Source: Methylophilaceae bacterium | GTDB taxonomy: Bacteria > Pseudomonadota > Gammaproteobacteria > Burkholderiales > Methylophilaceae | Assembly: GCA_965660175.1 (NCBI GenBank) | Contig: CBFHYY010000013.1 | Span: forward strand, 1,505-65,504 | Direction of reading: 5' to 3' | DNA: 64,000 bases | Shown: positions 21,406 through 31,826 of the stretch, piece after piece | How the letters are laid out: each line of letters starts with the position of its first letter | Numbering within the stretch: position 1 is the stretch's first letter | Position numbers and translations under genes: made by a program | The notes under the pieces: model-generated | Told to the model about the DNA's origin: nothing | What the model saw: the letters and a program-made list of their open reading frames with translations, nothing else | Database searches by the model: none

Positions 21406-22719
21406 ATGGTTAAAGCAGACAAGATTATTTCTGCATCGTGGTTATTTACCGCACACAATGACGATCAGCTAAAAGAGGATCATTCAGTTGTTGTGAGCAA
21501 TGGAATCATTCATGATATTGTCCCGACTTCTGAAGTTTTTGGTTTGTATGATGCTTCTGACACCTACCAATTAACCGATCATGTGTTGCTTCCAGGTTTT
21601 ATAAACGCCCATACACACGCGGCAATGACACTTTTTAAGGGTTTTGCCGATGATCTAGCTTTGCAGGATTGGCTAAATAATTATATTTGGCCAGCTGAAA
21701 AAGAGTTTGTAAATTATGATTTTGTTAGAGATGGATCTACTCACGCAATAGCTGAAATGATTAAAGGGGGCACAACAACTTTTAATGATATGTATTTCTT
21801 TCCTGAAGCTACTGCAGAAGTTGTAGGTAAGATTGGTATTAGAGCAAATATAGGTTTAGTTTTGTTAGAGTTTCCTACTAACTATGCTAAAGATCCTCGG
21901 GAGTACTTAAACAAAGGTCTAGAATTTAGAGATAATTGGAGAGATAATCCCTTAATTACAACCTCATTGGCTCCGCATGCACCATATTCAGTTTCTGATG
22001 AATCCTTCGAGATGATCAATACCTATGCTGAGCAATTAGATCTTACAATTCATTCCCATATTCATGAAACATTAAACGAAATTGATGACAGTAAAAAACA
22101 ATTTGGTTGTTCTCCCATAGAGAGGTTAAGTGAGCTTGGGATTCTAAGTCCAAGATTAATGGCAGCTCATTGTGTTCATTTAAGTAATAATGACATCAAT
22201 TTATTATCAAATAATGGAGTGTCAATATTATCGAACATATCCTCAAATATGAAGCTTGGAAGTGGGCTAATAAATATATCGGAATTATTCAAAAATGAAA
22301 TGAATATTGCGATTGGTACAGACAGCTCTGCAAGCAATAATAGGTTAGATATTCTTACAGAAATGAGATCTTTAGTCTTAATATCAAAAGCCCTTACCAT
22401 GAAAAGTGAATTTTTAAACCCATCTGATATTATAAAGATGGCAACAATAAATGGAGCAAAAGCATTAAATATAGATGACTTTACAGGATCAATTGCAAAA
22501 GGTAAAAGTGCAGATATCATAGCTTTTAATCTTGACAGCATTGAGACTCAGCCTTGCTATGATCCTTTATCAAGTTTTTTGTATTGCGCTCATAGGCAAT
22601 CATGTTCCTATGTTTGGATAAATGGAGAAATTAAACTTAAAGAAAATAAACTAGTCTGTATAGATGAAAGTGAAATACTACAAAAAGCTAAAGCATGGAA
22701 AAACAGAATAAAAACATAG
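21406..22719 (+). CDS. amidohydrolase of the TRZ/ATZ family, a probable 5-methylthioadenosine/S-adenosylhomocysteine deaminase-like enzyme
   Basis: 437 aa. Has the metal-binding INAHTHAAM motif and conserved HxHE (HSHIHETLNE) and GTDS motifs. Lies upstream of ubiG, as commonly seen in betaproteobacteria. Confidence 0.75.
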   Translation: MVKADKIISASWLFTAHNDDQLKEDHSVVVSNGIIHDIVPTSEVFGLYDASDTYQLTDHVLLPGFINAHTHAAMTLFKGFADDLALQDWLNNYIWPAEKEFVNYDFVRDGSTHAIAEMIKGGTTTFNDMYFFPEATAEVVGKIGIRANIGLVLLEFPTNYAKDPREYLNKGLEFRDNWRDNPLITTSLAPHAPYSVSDESFEMINTYAEQLDLTIHSHIHETLNEIDDSKKQFGCSPIERLSELGILSPRLMAAHCVHLSNNDINLLSNNGVSILSNISSNMKLGSGLINISELFKNEMNIAIGTDSSASNNRLDILTEMRSLVLISKALTMKSEFLNPSDIIKMATINGAKALNIDDFTGSIAKGKSADIIAFNLDSIETQPCYDPLSSFLYCAHRQSCSYVWINGEIKLKENKLVCIDESEILQKAKAWKNRIKT

Positions 22720-23399
22720 ATCAAGAAGAGATTGATAAGTTTAATCAATTGGCTCATAAGTGGTGGGATGAAACTAGCGAGTTTAAGCCGTTGCATGATA
22801 TAAATCCCCTGAGAGTTAATTTTATTAAGTCTAAGATTGAATTAAATGGTAAAAAAGTTTTGGATGTTGGCTGTGGAGGCGGCATTCTTGCTGAGGCTTT
22901 AGCAAAAGAGGGTGCAAGTGTCACTGGAATTGATCAAGGTGAGAATGCAATAAAAGTCGCAAATATTCATAATATAGAATCTAATTTAGATATAGATTAT
23001 AAGCAATTGAATGTAGAAGATTTTTATAAAAATAATAAACAAAAATATGATGTTATTACATGTTTAGAAATGCTTGAGCACGTACCTCAACCATCTTCTG
23101 TTGTTGCCACTTGTGCAAAATTATTAAAGCCTGATGGAAAAATTTTCTTTTCTACTCTTAACAGAAATCCGAAATCATTTTTGTTCGCAATCATTGGTGC
23201 CGAATATATACTAAACCTTTTGCCAAAAGGGACGCATACATACGAAAAGTTCATAAAGCCATCTGAATTAAAAGCTTGGTGTTCTCTTAATGATCTACAT
23301 TTTAGCGATTTGGTTGGAATGACATATAACCCAATAACAAAAAAATATAAATTATCTTCAGATTGCTCAGTTAATTATATTGTTGAGACAGTGAAGTAG
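22695..23399 (+). CDS. ubiG: ubiquinone biosynthesis O-methyltransferase UbiG
   Basis: 234 aa. Has WWD and PLH motifs near the N-terminus and SAM motif I, VLDVGCGGGILAE. Confidence 0.9.
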   Translation: MEKQNKNIDQEEIDKFNQLAHKWWDETSEFKPLHDINPLRVNFIKSKIELNGKKVLDVGCGGGILAEALAKEGASVTGIDQGENAIKVANIHNIESNLDIDYKQLNVEDFYKNNKQKYDVITCLEMLEHVPQPSSVVATCAKLLKPDGKIFFSTLNRNPKSFLFAIIGAEYILNLLPKGTHTYEKFIKPSELKAWCSLNDLHFSDLVGMTYNPITKKYKLSSDCSVNYIVETVK

Positions 23400-24053
23400 G
23401 TGGTCAATGCATTTTTATTTGACTTTGATGGCACATTTGCGGATACAGCATTTGATCTTATTGATTCTGCAAATTTAATATTTACAAAATATAAAAAAAG
23501 ATTGATTTCCTATGAGGAAGGAAGAGAAGTTGCCTCTGATGGGAGTCGGGCATTATTAAGTTTAAGATTTGAACCCGAAAAACTCCAAGATGATGCGTTG
23601 ATTAATGAATTTCTCTCATGCTACACCAATAATTTATTAAAAAACCCTATTTTATTTGATGGAATTGTTTCGTTATTGGAGCTTATACGTAAAAAAAATT
23701 TTAAGTGGGGTGTGATAACTAATAAACCTCGAGAGTTTACTGAAAAAATTTTAGATCATCACAATTTGTTAAATAGTATAGATGTCTTGATTTGTGGCAA
23801 TGATGGCTATAAAACCAAACCGTCACCGGATATGATTCTAGAAGCGAGCTCTATGATGGGTTTAAATGTTTCTGATATTGTTTATATTGGAGATGCTCAA
23901 AGAGATATTGATGCTGCAAATGCTGCAGGAACAATGTCCATTCTTGCTTGTTACGGTTACTTAAAAAAATCAGATATAATATCCGAGTGGGGTGCTGATA
24001 GATTTATACATGCTCCATTAGACTTATCTGAAATATTTGATTTGAACCACTAA
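23400..24053 (+). CDS. gph: HAD-superfamily phosphatase, phosphoglycolate phosphatase-like
   Basis: 217 aa. Has HAD motif I FDFDGT, then TNK and GDAQRDIDAA motifs. GTG start directly after the ubiG stop. The ubiG-gph pairing is conserved. Confidence 0.8.
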   Translation: MVNAFLFDFDGTFADTAFDLIDSANLIFTKYKKRLISYEEGREVASDGSRALLSLRFEPEKLQDDALINEFLSCYTNNLLKNPILFDGIVSLLELIRKKNFKWGVITNKPREFTEKILDHHNLLNSIDVLICGNDGYKTKPSPDMILEASSMMGLNVSDIVYIGDAQRDIDAANAAGTMSILACYGYLKKSDIISEWGADRFIHAPLDLSEIFDLNH

Positions 24054-24075
24054 ACTATTCTGAGGTCAATAATTT

Positions 24076-24603
24076 ATGAGAACAATATTAATTAGTCTGT
24101 TTTTTTTCTTACCTTCATTATCTTTTGGAGCGTGTATGGATTTTTACAATCAAGATTTGAAAACTTTACAGGGTGAAAAGTTTGATCTTTGTCAGCACCA
24201 AGACAAACCCATTATCTTTGTCAATACTGCAAGTAAGTGTGGTTTTACGTCACAATTCGAAGGGTTGGAATCACTTTACAAGAAACATAATAAAAAAATC
24301 ACTGTTGTTGGTTTCCCTTCAAATGACTTTAACCAAGAATTGAGTACTGATAAAGAAATTCAGGATTTTTGTAAACTTACTTATGCCGTTGAATTTCCAA
24401 TGATGAGTAAATCAAGCGTTATTGGAAAAAAAGCTAATCCTGTTTATCAATATCTTTACGAAAAGACTGGTAAAGCCCCGATGTGGAATTTTTATAAATA
24501 TTTAGTAATGCCTGGAGCTAAAGATATTCATGTTTTTTCAAGCATCACTCAGCCTGATTCTGATAAAATTTTAGGTTTATTAAAGCCTTATCTAGCTGAT
24601 TAA
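24076..24603 (+). CDS. glutathione peroxidase family protein with an N-terminal signal peptide
   Basis: 175 aa. Has GPx motifs NTASKCGFT (peroxidatic Cys), GFPSNDFNQE and WNFYKYL, and a hydrophobic N-terminus ending SFGA. Confidence 0.88.
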   Translation: MRTILISLFFFLPSLSFGACMDFYNQDLKTLQGEKFDLCQHQDKPIIFVNTASKCGFTSQFEGLESLYKKHNKKITVVGFPSNDFNQELSTDKEIQDFCKLTYAVEFPMMSKSSVIGKKANPVYQYLYEKTGKAPMWNFYKYLVMPGAKDIHVFSSITQPDSDKILGLLKPYLAD

Positions 24604-25406
24604 TTCTTCATATTTTGAATAATAATTGCGGATAGTTCTTCAACAGAACGCGATGTTGAATCTGCGGTAGGAATCCCCATAGATTTCATCAAATCTTCTG
24701 CCAAACCTATTTCTTGCCGACAATTTGATAATGAAGCATATTCACTATTTGGCCTTCTTTCGCTTCTTAATGAGTGCAGTCGCTCTGACTTAATAGTTAA
24801 ACCAAAAATTTTATCCATATATCCCTCTAATATTGGTGGCATTGTTCCTCTTTCAAAATCTTCTGGAATAAGAGGATAATTAGCTGCTTTTATACCAAAT
24901 TGCATAGCTAAATATATACTTGTTGGTGTTTTTCCTGATCGCGATACCCCCACTAAAATAACTTGAGCTTGATTTAACCCGCTATGAGTCATCCCGTCAT
25001 CATGGCCAAGAGCAAAATTAATAGCTTCCATTCGATTTCCATAATTCGATCCAGTTATGCTGTGCGAAACACCTGGACGAGTTAAAGGTTCCTCAGCTAT
25101 TTCTTCCCCTAATGGATATAAAAAAGATTCAAATAAGTCTACATAAAATGCGTCAACTTGCTTTAACTCTCCTCTAAGATCTTTATCTCCAATGGACATA
25201 ATAACTATTGGCCTAACACCACTCATTAATTTTGCATTAGCGATTCTTTTTTGGGCATCCTCAATTTTTGATGAGTTATTGGTAAATGGTATACGAATTT
25301 GTTCAAAGTCTGTTTCAGGAAAGTGTGCCAAAAGACCACCGAGAGAGCCTGCAGTTATTCCGGTACCGTCTGATATGAAAAACGCAACTCTTTTGTTTTT
25401 TTCCAT
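24600..25406 (-). CDS. ppsR: PEP synthase regulatory protein (pyruvate, water dikinase kinase/phosphorylase; DUF299)
   Basis: 268 aa. Has FFISDGTGIT at the N-terminus and the P-loop-like GVSRSGKTP. Lies directly downstream of ppsA on the same (minus) strand. Confidence 0.9.
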   Translation of the reverse strand: MEKNKRVAFFISDGTGITAGSLGGLLAHFPETDFEQIRIPFTNNSSKIEDAQKRIANAKLMSGVRPIVIMSIGDKDLRGELKQVDAFYVDLFESFLYPLGEEIAEEPLTRPGVSHSITGSNYGNRMEAINFALGHDDGMTHSGLNQAQVILVGVSRSGKTPTSIYLAMQFGIKAANYPLIPEDFERGTMPPILEGYMDKIFGLTIKSERLHSLRSERRPNSEYASLSNCRQEIGLAEDLMKSMGIPTADSTSRSVEELSAIIIQNMKN

Positions 25407-25417
25407 GATGTCAAAAA

Positions 25418-27781
25418 TTATTTTTTAGTTAATTGCTTCCATGTGCTGATAACTGTATCTGGATTCAATGAGAGAGAAGTGACACCTTGATTAACTAACC
25501 ATTCTGCAAAATCAGGATGATCTGACGGGCCTTGGCCACATATTCCAATATATTTATTTTTACTTTTAGCTGAGGCAATTGCCATTTCAATTAGTTTGAT
25601 TACTGCAGGGTCTTTTTCATCAAAACCATCAGCTAATATTCCAGAATCACGATCAATTCCAAGTGAGAGTTGGGTTAAATCATTTGAGCCTATGGAGAAA
25701 CCGTCAAAAAATTCCATAAATTGATCTGCAATGATGGCATTAGATGGCACCTCGCACATCATAATTATTTTGAGATTATTTTCCCCACGAGTTAAACCAT
25801 TTTGCTCCATGATACTAATTACAGATTTAGCCTCTTTTAAGGTTCTTACAAAAGGTATCATCAGTTGCACATTATCTAGCCCAAGAGTATTTCTCACCTT
25901 CAGCATAGCTTCACATTCCAGCGAAAAACATTCCTGGAAATCCTCTGATATATATCTCGCTGCACCTCTAAATCCAATCATTGGATTTTCTTCATCGGGT
26001 TCATATATATCACCTGCAACCAATTTCTTATACTCGTTTGATTTAAAGTCAGAGGTTCGGACAATTACAGGGTTTGGATAAAATGCCGAAGCTATGGTTG
26101 CGACCCCTTCAGTGATTTTATCAACATAGAATTGTTTTGGATTTTTATAACCCCTAGATCGATAATCAATTATTTTTTTTATATCTGAGGGCATTGCATT
26201 GTAGTTAAGTATTGCTTTTGGATGAATGCCAATCATATTGTTAATAACAAACTCTAATCTTGCTAGACCTACTCCATGATTAGGTATCTGTCCAAATGTA
26301 AATGCCATATCTGGACTACCAACATTCATCATCATTTTAACTGGAGGTTTATCTAATTTGCCATCCTCTTGAATTGAAACCTCATATTTAAGTTCTCCTT
26401 GGTAAACTATACCTGTCTCACCCTCGCAACAGGAGACTGTTACAATATCACCATCGCTGAGTAACTCCGTTGCATTGACACTGCCTACAATTGCTGGAAT
26501 ACCAAGCTCTCTAGCAATTATTGCAGCATGGCATGTTCGACCTCCACGATTTGTTACAAGGGCAGAGGCCCTTTTCATAACAGGTTCCCAATTAGGATCT
26601 GTCATATCTGCAACAAGTACGTCCCCAGGTTGAACTGTATGCATTTCAGCAGGATCATTTACGACTCTTACAGGGCCTAGACCAATTTTTTGAGTAACAG
26701 CTCGTCCAGCTACAATAGCTTTACCTGTTTCAATAAGCTTGAATGTTTCAGTAACATTTTTTGATTGGGACTTTACTGTTTCAGGGCGCGCTTGAAGAAT
26801 ATATATTTTTCCATCAATTCCATTTTTCCCCCATTCAATATCCATTGGACAATTATAATGAGCTTCAATAGTCAATGCATATTTTGCGAGCTCAATGATG
26901 TCGTCGTCATTAATGCTAAAGTTGTTAGATAGTTTTTCTTCGACATCAACAGTTTCAGTACTTAAACCAGCTTGTGTATCTTTGCTAAAGACCATTTTTA
27001 TTTTTTTTGATCCTATTGTTTTTCTAACTATTGTAGGCTTTCCCTTTGATAGTAGTGGTTTGTGAACATAAAATTCATCAGGATTCACAGACCCTTGAAC
27101 GACCGTCTCCCCTAAGCCGTACGACGAGGTTATAAATACAACATCCTTAAATCCTGATTCTGTATCAATGGTGAACATTACCCCTGCACAACCAATGTCA
27201 CTTCTAACCATTTGTTGAACACCGGCAGAAATAGCAACATCAGAATGTATAAAGCCTTTGTGTACTCGATAGGAAATTGCTCTATCGTTATAAAGTGACG
27301 CAAAAACTTCTTTGATAGCATTTTTAATATTGTCGATACCTTCTATATTTAAAAAGCTTTCTTGTTGACCTGCGAAAGAGGCATCAGGAAGATCTTCAGC
27401 AGTTGCAGAGGATCTCACAGCATAGGTTGTTCCTTGTGCTGATCGTGAGATTAAATTATCGTATTCCTTACTTATCGCATCTTCCAGTTCTTTAGGGAAG
27501 GGTGTGTTAACAATCCATTCTCGTATTTTTGTTCCGCTTTTAGCCAATTCAACTACGTCATTAATATCAAGGTCGATTAGTTCCGATTCAATTTTTTTAC
27601 CAAGATCGTTATGCTTTAAAAATTCATTAAATGCATTAGCTGTAGTGGCAAAGCCTGTTGGAACTCTAACTCCTTTAGCATTTAGTTGGGAGATCATCTC
27701 TCCAAGAGATGCATTTTTTCCACCAACGGAACCTACATCTGAATTTCTGAGTTTTTCAAAAGGAATTACATAATCTGTCAT
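25418..27781 (-). CDS. ppsA: phosphoenolpyruvate synthase (pyruvate, water dikinase)
   Basis: 787 aa. Has an N-terminal ATP-grasp part, the phosphohistidine motif [18 protein letters not shown], and a C-terminal PEP-utilising TIM barrel ([10 protein letters not shown]). Confidence 0.96.
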   Translation of the reverse strand: MTDYVIPFEKLRNSDVGSVGGKNASLGEMISQLNAKGVRVPTGFATTANAFNEFLKHNDLGKKIESELIDLDINDVVELAKSGTKIREWIVNTPFPKELEDAISKEYDNLISRSAQGTTYAVRSSATAEDLPDASFAGQQESFLNIEGIDNIKNAIKEVFASLYNDRAISYRVHKGFIHSDVAISAGVQQMVRSDIGCAGVMFTIDTESGFKDVVFITSSYGLGETVVQGSVNPDEFYVHKPLLSKGKPTIVRKTIGSKKIKMVFSKDTQAGLSTETVDVEEKLSNNFSINDDDIIELAKYALTIEAHYNCPMDIEWGKNGIDGKIYILQARPETVKSQSKNVTETFKLIETGKAIVAGRAVTQKIGLGPVRVVNDPAEMHTVQPGDVLVADMTDPNWEPVMKRASALVTNRGGRTCHAAIIARELGIPAIVGSVNATELLSDGDIVTVSCCEGETGIVYQGELKYEVSIQEDGKLDKPPVKMMMNVGSPDMAFTFGQIPNHGVGLARLEFVINNMIGIHPKAILNYNAMPSDIKKIIDYRSRGYKNPKQFYVDKITEGVATIASAFYPNPVIVRTSDFKSNEYKKLVAGDIYEPDEENPMIGFRGAARYISEDFQECFSLECEAMLKVRNTLGLDNVQLMIPFVRTLKEAKSVISIMEQNGLTRGENNLKIIMMCEVPSNAIIADQFMEFFDGFSIGSNDLTQLSLGIDRDSGILADGFDEKDPAVIKLIEMAIASAKSKNKYIGICGQGPSDHPDFAEWLVNQGVTSLSLNPDTVISTWKQLTKK

Positions 27782-28036
27782 GCTGTTAAAGATCCTTATT
27801 TAGTAAACACATTTAAACAATATAAAAGCTTAGTGAGCTTAAATATGTAATTTAATTTAATGAATTGTAATTCTGCCAAATATGAAGACTATTGTCATTA
27901 AAGTTATATAAATAAATAAAAGCAGGTCTCAAGTAAAAATTTACTAAAAAATTAATTGGAGATATAAATTTAATATTGTTAGAATATTCATCATAATTAT
28001 ATTTACTTTAAAAATACTTTAAATATGGAGAAACAT

Positions 28037-28987
28037 ATGTCCACACTTCTGGATCAATTGAAAGAAATAACAACTATTGTAGCGGACACAGGTGATGTTG
28101 AAGCTATAAAAACTCTTAAACCTGTTGATGCAACAACGAACCCTTCATTATTACTGAAGGCTAGTACATTGCCTCAATGTGAACCAATGATTGAAGAGGC
28201 GGTTGCTTATGCCAAGTCTCAAAGTTCTGATAAGGATCAACAGATTGAAGATGCTGCCGATAAATTAGCTGTACTTGTTGGCCTGGATATTTTGCAGCAT
28301 ATACCTGGTCGAATCTCTACTGAGGTTGACGCTAGCCTATCTTTTAATGTTGATAAGATGGTTGCAAAAGGGAAAAAATTAATTGCGCTTTATAATGAAG
28401 CTGGAGTTTCAAATGATAGGGTTTTAATTAAACTAGCATCAACATGGGAAGGTATCAAGGCTGGGGAAATTCTTGAAAAAGAAGGTATTAACTGTAATTT
28501 AACTCTTTTATTTAGCTTTGCTCAAGCAAGAGCATGTGCGGAGGCGGGAGTTTTCTTAATTTCACCTTTTGTTGGACGTATTTTAGACTGGTATAAGGCT
28601 AAAACTGGTGAAGATTATACTTCCGAGACTGATCCAGGTGTTGTTTCTGTCAGAAATATATATGCTTGGTATAAAGAACATGGTTTTAAGACTGTTGTTA
28701 TGGGTGCATCGTTTAGAAATATTGGTGAAATAACAGCTTTGGCTGGTTGTGACAGATTAACAATTGGACCTGCATTAATAGAAGAGTTGGCAAACACAGA
28801 AGGGGATCTTCCTCAATTTCTGAAAGATAACGGTGCAACTAAAGATAAGCCGCAAAGACTTGCCGAGGATCAGTTTAGAAATGATCATAATGAAGACGCA
28901 ATGGCAACTGAAAAGTTATCAGAGGGTATAAGAAACTTTGTTAAGGATCAAAATAAGCTAGAGGCTGCATTGAGCGCAAAATTGTAA
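28037..28987 (+). CDS. tal: transaldolase (TalB type)
   Basis: Has [13 protein letters not shown] and IKLASTWEG (Schiff-base Lys) motifs. GGAG at 28027-28030 favours ATG 28037 over the track start at 28025. Confidence 0.93.
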   Translation: MSTLLDQLKEITTIVADTGDVEAIKTLKPVDATTNPSLLLKASTLPQCEPMIEEAVAYAKSQSSDKDQQIEDAADKLAVLVGLDILQHIPGRISTEVDASLSFNVDKMVAKGKKLIALYNEAGVSNDRVLIKLASTWEGIKAGEILEKEGINCNLTLLFSFAQARACAEAGVFLISPFVGRILDWYKAKTGEDYTSETDPGVVSVRNIYAWYKEHGFKTVVMGASFRNIGEITALAGCDRLTIGPALIEELANTEGDLPQFLKDNGATKDKPQRLAEDQFRNDHNEDAMATEKLSEGIRNFVKDQNKLEAALSAKL

Positions 28988-29009
28988 GATTAGGAATGAT
29001 TAAATACAA

Positions 29010-29038
29010 TTGACAATAAATGATTCAGACTATATCAT
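29010..29038 (+). promoter_or_regulatory. putative sigma70 promoter of hps (TTGACA, 17 nt spacer, TATCAT)
   Basis: A perfect -35 TTGACA lies at 29010-29015 and TATCAT at 29033-29038, about 80 nt upstream of the hps ATG. Confidence 0.5.
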
Positions 29039-29120
29039 CGCGGTCTGCATTTAATAAATGTAAGGAAATTAATTACATTTTAAGTAGACTATTTATAAAT
29101 ACGTTTTGGAGATTAAAACC

Positions 29121-29750
29121 ATGGCATTAACACAAATGGCATTAGATTCATTAGACTTTGACGCAACAGTTGCACTAGCAGAAACAGTTGCACCTCATGT
29201 TGATATTCTTGAGATTGGTACACCTTGCATTAAGCATAACGGTATCAAACTTCTTGAAACACTAAAAGCAAAATTCCCAAACAACCTCATTCTTGTTGAC
29301 CTTAAAACAATGGATGCTGGTGAATACGAAGCTGAGCCTTTTTACAAAGCTGGCGCAGATATTTGTACAGTTTTAGGCGCATCTGGAATTGCTACTATTA
29401 AAGGCGTTATTGCTGCTGCAAAAAAATATGGTAAAGAAGTTCAAGTAGACATGATTAATGTTGATAACAAAGAAGCTCTTGCTAAAGAAGCAGTTGCTGC
29501 TGGAGCACAAATCATTGGTGTTCATACAGGGCTAGATGCTCAAGCTGCTGGACACACTCCATTTGCTGATCTTGCATCAATCGCTGCTTTAAATACTGGA
29601 GCTAAGATCTCTGTTGCTGGTGGTGTTAAAGCTGCAACAGCTCAACAAGTAAAAGATGCTGGCGCTGCAATTATTGTTGCTGGTGCTGCTATTTACGGTG
29701 CTGCTGATCCAGCTGCATCTGCTGCTGAAATTACTGCTATTGCTCACTAA
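29121..29750 (+). CDS. hps: 3-hexulose-6-phosphate synthase (RuMP pathway)
   Basis: About 209 aa. Has the OMP-decarboxylase-like fold motifs MALDSLD, ILEIGTP and VDLKTMDAG. GGAG at 29108-29111 sits 9 nt before ATG 29121, so the track TTG start at 29106 probably lies within the RBS. Codon bias is strong (GCT/GGT/GTT). Confidence 0.9.
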   Translation: MALTQMALDSLDFDATVALAETVAPHVDILEIGTPCIKHNGIKLLETLKAKFPNNLILVDLKTMDAGEYEAEPFYKAGADICTVLGASGIATIKGVIAAAKKYGKEVQVDMINVDNKEALAKEAVAAGAQIIGVHTGLDAQAAGHTPFADLASIAALNTGAKISVAGGVKAATAQQVKDAGAAIIVAGAAIYGAADPAASAAEITAIAH

Positions 29751-29773
29751 TTTATAGCAATAAGTATTAAATT

Positions 29774-29808
29774 AAAAAAACCCGAATTTAATTGTTCGGG
29801 TTTTTTTT
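29774..29808 (+). terminator. rho-independent terminator after hps
   Basis: The sequence AAAAAAACCCGAA-tttaattg-TTCGGGTTTTTTTT forms a stem (CCCGAA/TTCGGG) followed by a T-run. The A-run/T-run symmetry suggests it works in both directions. Confidence 0.8.
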
Positions 29809-29841
29809 GTTATGATAAGAATATTTTAAAGGAACAAATGT

Positions 29842-30378
29842 ATGGATACGCAAAAATTAATTCTTGATAGAATATCAAATGTGCTGGACGCAACAAGTAA
29901 AGATCATGCTAATCATTTAAAAAAATTGATTGATGAATCCGGTCGTATCTTTGTTGGTGGCGCAGGAAGATCATTATTGGTAGCACGGTTCTTTGCTATG
30001 AGACTTGTTCATGCGGGTTATCAAGTAAATATGCCAGGTGAGATTGTTACCCCAGCTATTGTTTCTGGTGATTTACTTGTGGTCATATCAGGTTCTGGTG
30101 GAACGAAAACATTGCTACCAATGCTTGAAACTGCTAAAGCAAAAGGGGCAAAAATTGCTGTAATTTCAATGAAATCATCATCTGCAATGGCTGATATTGC
30201 AGATTATACTGTACAGATAGGCCAAGATGACAGCTTTCCATTAACGAAAGGTTTACCTATGGGAACATCATTTGAATTATCAACTCTTGTATATCTAGAG
30301 GCAATTATCGGTGAAATTGTTTTCGATAAAGATTTAACTGAAGAGGGTATGCGTGCAATTCATGCAAATCTCGAGTAA
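29842..30378 (+). CDS. phi: 6-phospho-3-hexuloisomerase (SIS domain, RuMP pathway)
   Basis: 178 aa. Has SIS motifs GAGRS and VISGSGGT. Lies directly downstream of hps. Confidence 0.88.
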   Translation: MDTQKLILDRISNVLDATSKDHANHLKKLIDESGRIFVGGAGRSLLVARFFAMRLVHAGYQVNMPGEIVTPAIVSGDLLVVISGSGGTKTLLPMLETAKAKGAKIAVISMKSSSAMADIADYTVQIGQDDSFPLTKGLPMGTSFELSTLVYLEAIIGEIVFDKDLTEEGMRAIHANLE

Positions 30379-30391
30379 AAATTAATTTTAT

Positions 30392-30422
30392 AAAAAAAGA
30401 GCACATGTGTGCTCTTTTTTTT
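30392..30422 (+). terminator. rho-independent terminator after phi
   Basis: The sequence AAAAAAAGAGCAC-atgt-GTGCTCTTTTTTTT forms a perfect 6-bp GC-containing stem followed by a T-run. Confidence 0.8.
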
Positions 30423-30461
30423 GTTCTAATAGATTTAACACTATATTTCCTTTTTTAATTA

Positions 30462-31826
30462 ATGCTTAAAATCTCGATACCTTATTATTCTGACAGCTCT
30501 GTTTATTTTGAAATAATTCGACATTTTGACTGGCCCGTATTTCTTGACAGCTCATATCAAGAAAGTATGCCTAAAAACAATCTCGTCCGTTTCGATGTAC
30601 TAACCGCAAGACCTTTTATTAAAATTTCTATGTTAGAAGACCGTGTACATGTTTACAATGTATCTTTAAATACTATTGAAAAAAAAGATGCAGACCCTTT
30701 CATAATTCTTGAAAATCTGATGTCAAAATATCAGCTTCCAAACAGTGAGTTACCTTTTACGGGTGGTGCCTTAGGTTATTTTTCATATGATATAAAGAAT
30801 AAAGCACAAAAAGAGAATGTAATTCCCGGAATGCAATTTGGTATTTATGATTGGGCATTTATAATTGATCATCATACTAAAAAAGCTTTAATTGTTAGCG
30901 CAAATTTTCAAGATGATACAAGTGATTTCATTAAAGATTTATCCACTAGTATAAATAAATCATTACCAAGCAAAGATACTTTTTATCTTACTAATGATAT
31001 AAAAAGCTCAATGAATAAAGGTATGTATAAGAAAAAATTTGATTCCGTAAAAAATTATTTACGAATGGGGGATTGTTACCAAGTAAATATTTCAAAAAAA
31101 TATATAGTGGAATCTAAAGGAGACCCTTGGATATTGTATAAAAAATTTCGTAACATAAATAAATCACCATTTATGGCTTACATTAAATTTGATGATATAA
31201 CTTTGCTATCAGGTTCGCCTGAAAGATTTATAAAGTCAGATTCAAATATTGTTACGACAAGACCTATTAAAGGCACTGCTGCGCGTCAATCAAAAAAAGT
31301 AGATGATGATAAAAAAAAAGAAATATTACAAAATAGTGTTAAGGAAAAAGCTGAAAACTTAATGATTGTTGATTTATTGCGAAATGATTTGGGCGTAAAT
31401 TGTAAAATTGGCTCAATAAAGGTTGATGAGTTATTTACAGTTGAATCTTATCCAAACGTTCATCATCTTGTAAGTTCAATATCAGGTATTTTGAAGGATA
31501 AATCTTCTATTTATAAGCTCTTTAGAGATGCTTTTCCTGGTGGCTCTATAACTGGAGCACCTAAAAAAAGAGCTATGGAGATAATTGATGAACTTGAAAA
31601 CCACGCCCGTGATTTATATTGCGGAAGTGTAGTTTATTTTAGCTTTGATGGTAAATTGGATAGTAATATTGCTATAAGAAGTATGATTCACAAAAATAAT
31701 ACCTTGCATTTTTATTCAGGTGGAGGTTTGACTATTCAATCTTCAATGGAATCTGAATATCAAGAAATTGAAGATAAAGTAAATAATATTAAAAAAACAC
31801 TTTTATATTTTAATGAGGATGAATGA
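30462..31826 (+). CDS. pabB: aminodeoxychorismate synthase component I
   Basis: 454 aa chorismate-binding enzyme. PIKGT, with Lys rather than the Ala of TrpE, indicates PabB. Also has GGSITGAPK and NLMIVDLLRND motifs. Confidence 0.85.
   Translation: MLKISIPYYSDSSVYFEIIRHFDWPVFLDSSYQESMPKNNLVRFDVLTARPFIKISMLEDRVHVYNVSLNTIEKKDADPFIILENLMSKYQLPNSELPFTGGALGYFSYDIKNKAQKENVIPGMQFGIYDWAFIIDHHTKKALIVSANFQDDTSDFIKDLSTSINKSLPSKDTFYLTNDIKSSMNKGMYKKKFDSVKNYLRMGDCYQVNISKKYIVESKGDPWILYKKFRNINKSPFMAYIKFDDITLLSGSPERFIKSDSNIVTTRPIKGTAARQSKKVDDDKKKEILQNSVKEKAENLMIVDLLRNDLGVNCKIGSIKVDELFTVESYPNVHHLVSSISGILKDKSSIYKLFRDAFPGGSITGAPKKRAMEIIDELENHARDLYCGSVVYFSFDGKLDSNIAIRSMIHKNNTLHFYSGGGLTIQSSMESEYQEIEDKVNNIKKTLLYFNEDE

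Noticed and set aside
22176-22541. A 121-aa antisense ORF within the amidohydrolase gene. Similar long antisense ORFs are 40833-41231(-) in clpX, 34800-35150(+) in the RND pump and 25731-26081(+) in ppsA.
   Set aside because: Each is embedded in a well-supported gene on the opposite strand, with no independent evidence. Long antisense ORFs are expected where stop codons are depleted in the mirror frame.
29106-29120. The upstream starts suggested by the track for hps (TTG 29106), tal (28025), dppC-like (47582), MaoC (60153) and hfq (15469).
   Set aside because: In each case a downstream ATG has a better-placed SD or an ATGA-type coupling overlap, and it gives an N-terminus of the length typical for the family. 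The alternatives are noted in the feature evidence.
29121-29750. The higher-GC, Ala-rich hps gene as a horizontally acquired gene.
   Set aside because: The bias is towards a narrow set of T-ending codons (GCT, GGT, GTT), which is the signature of translational selection on a very highly expressed gene rather than foreign composition. hps is also central to the inferred lifestyle.
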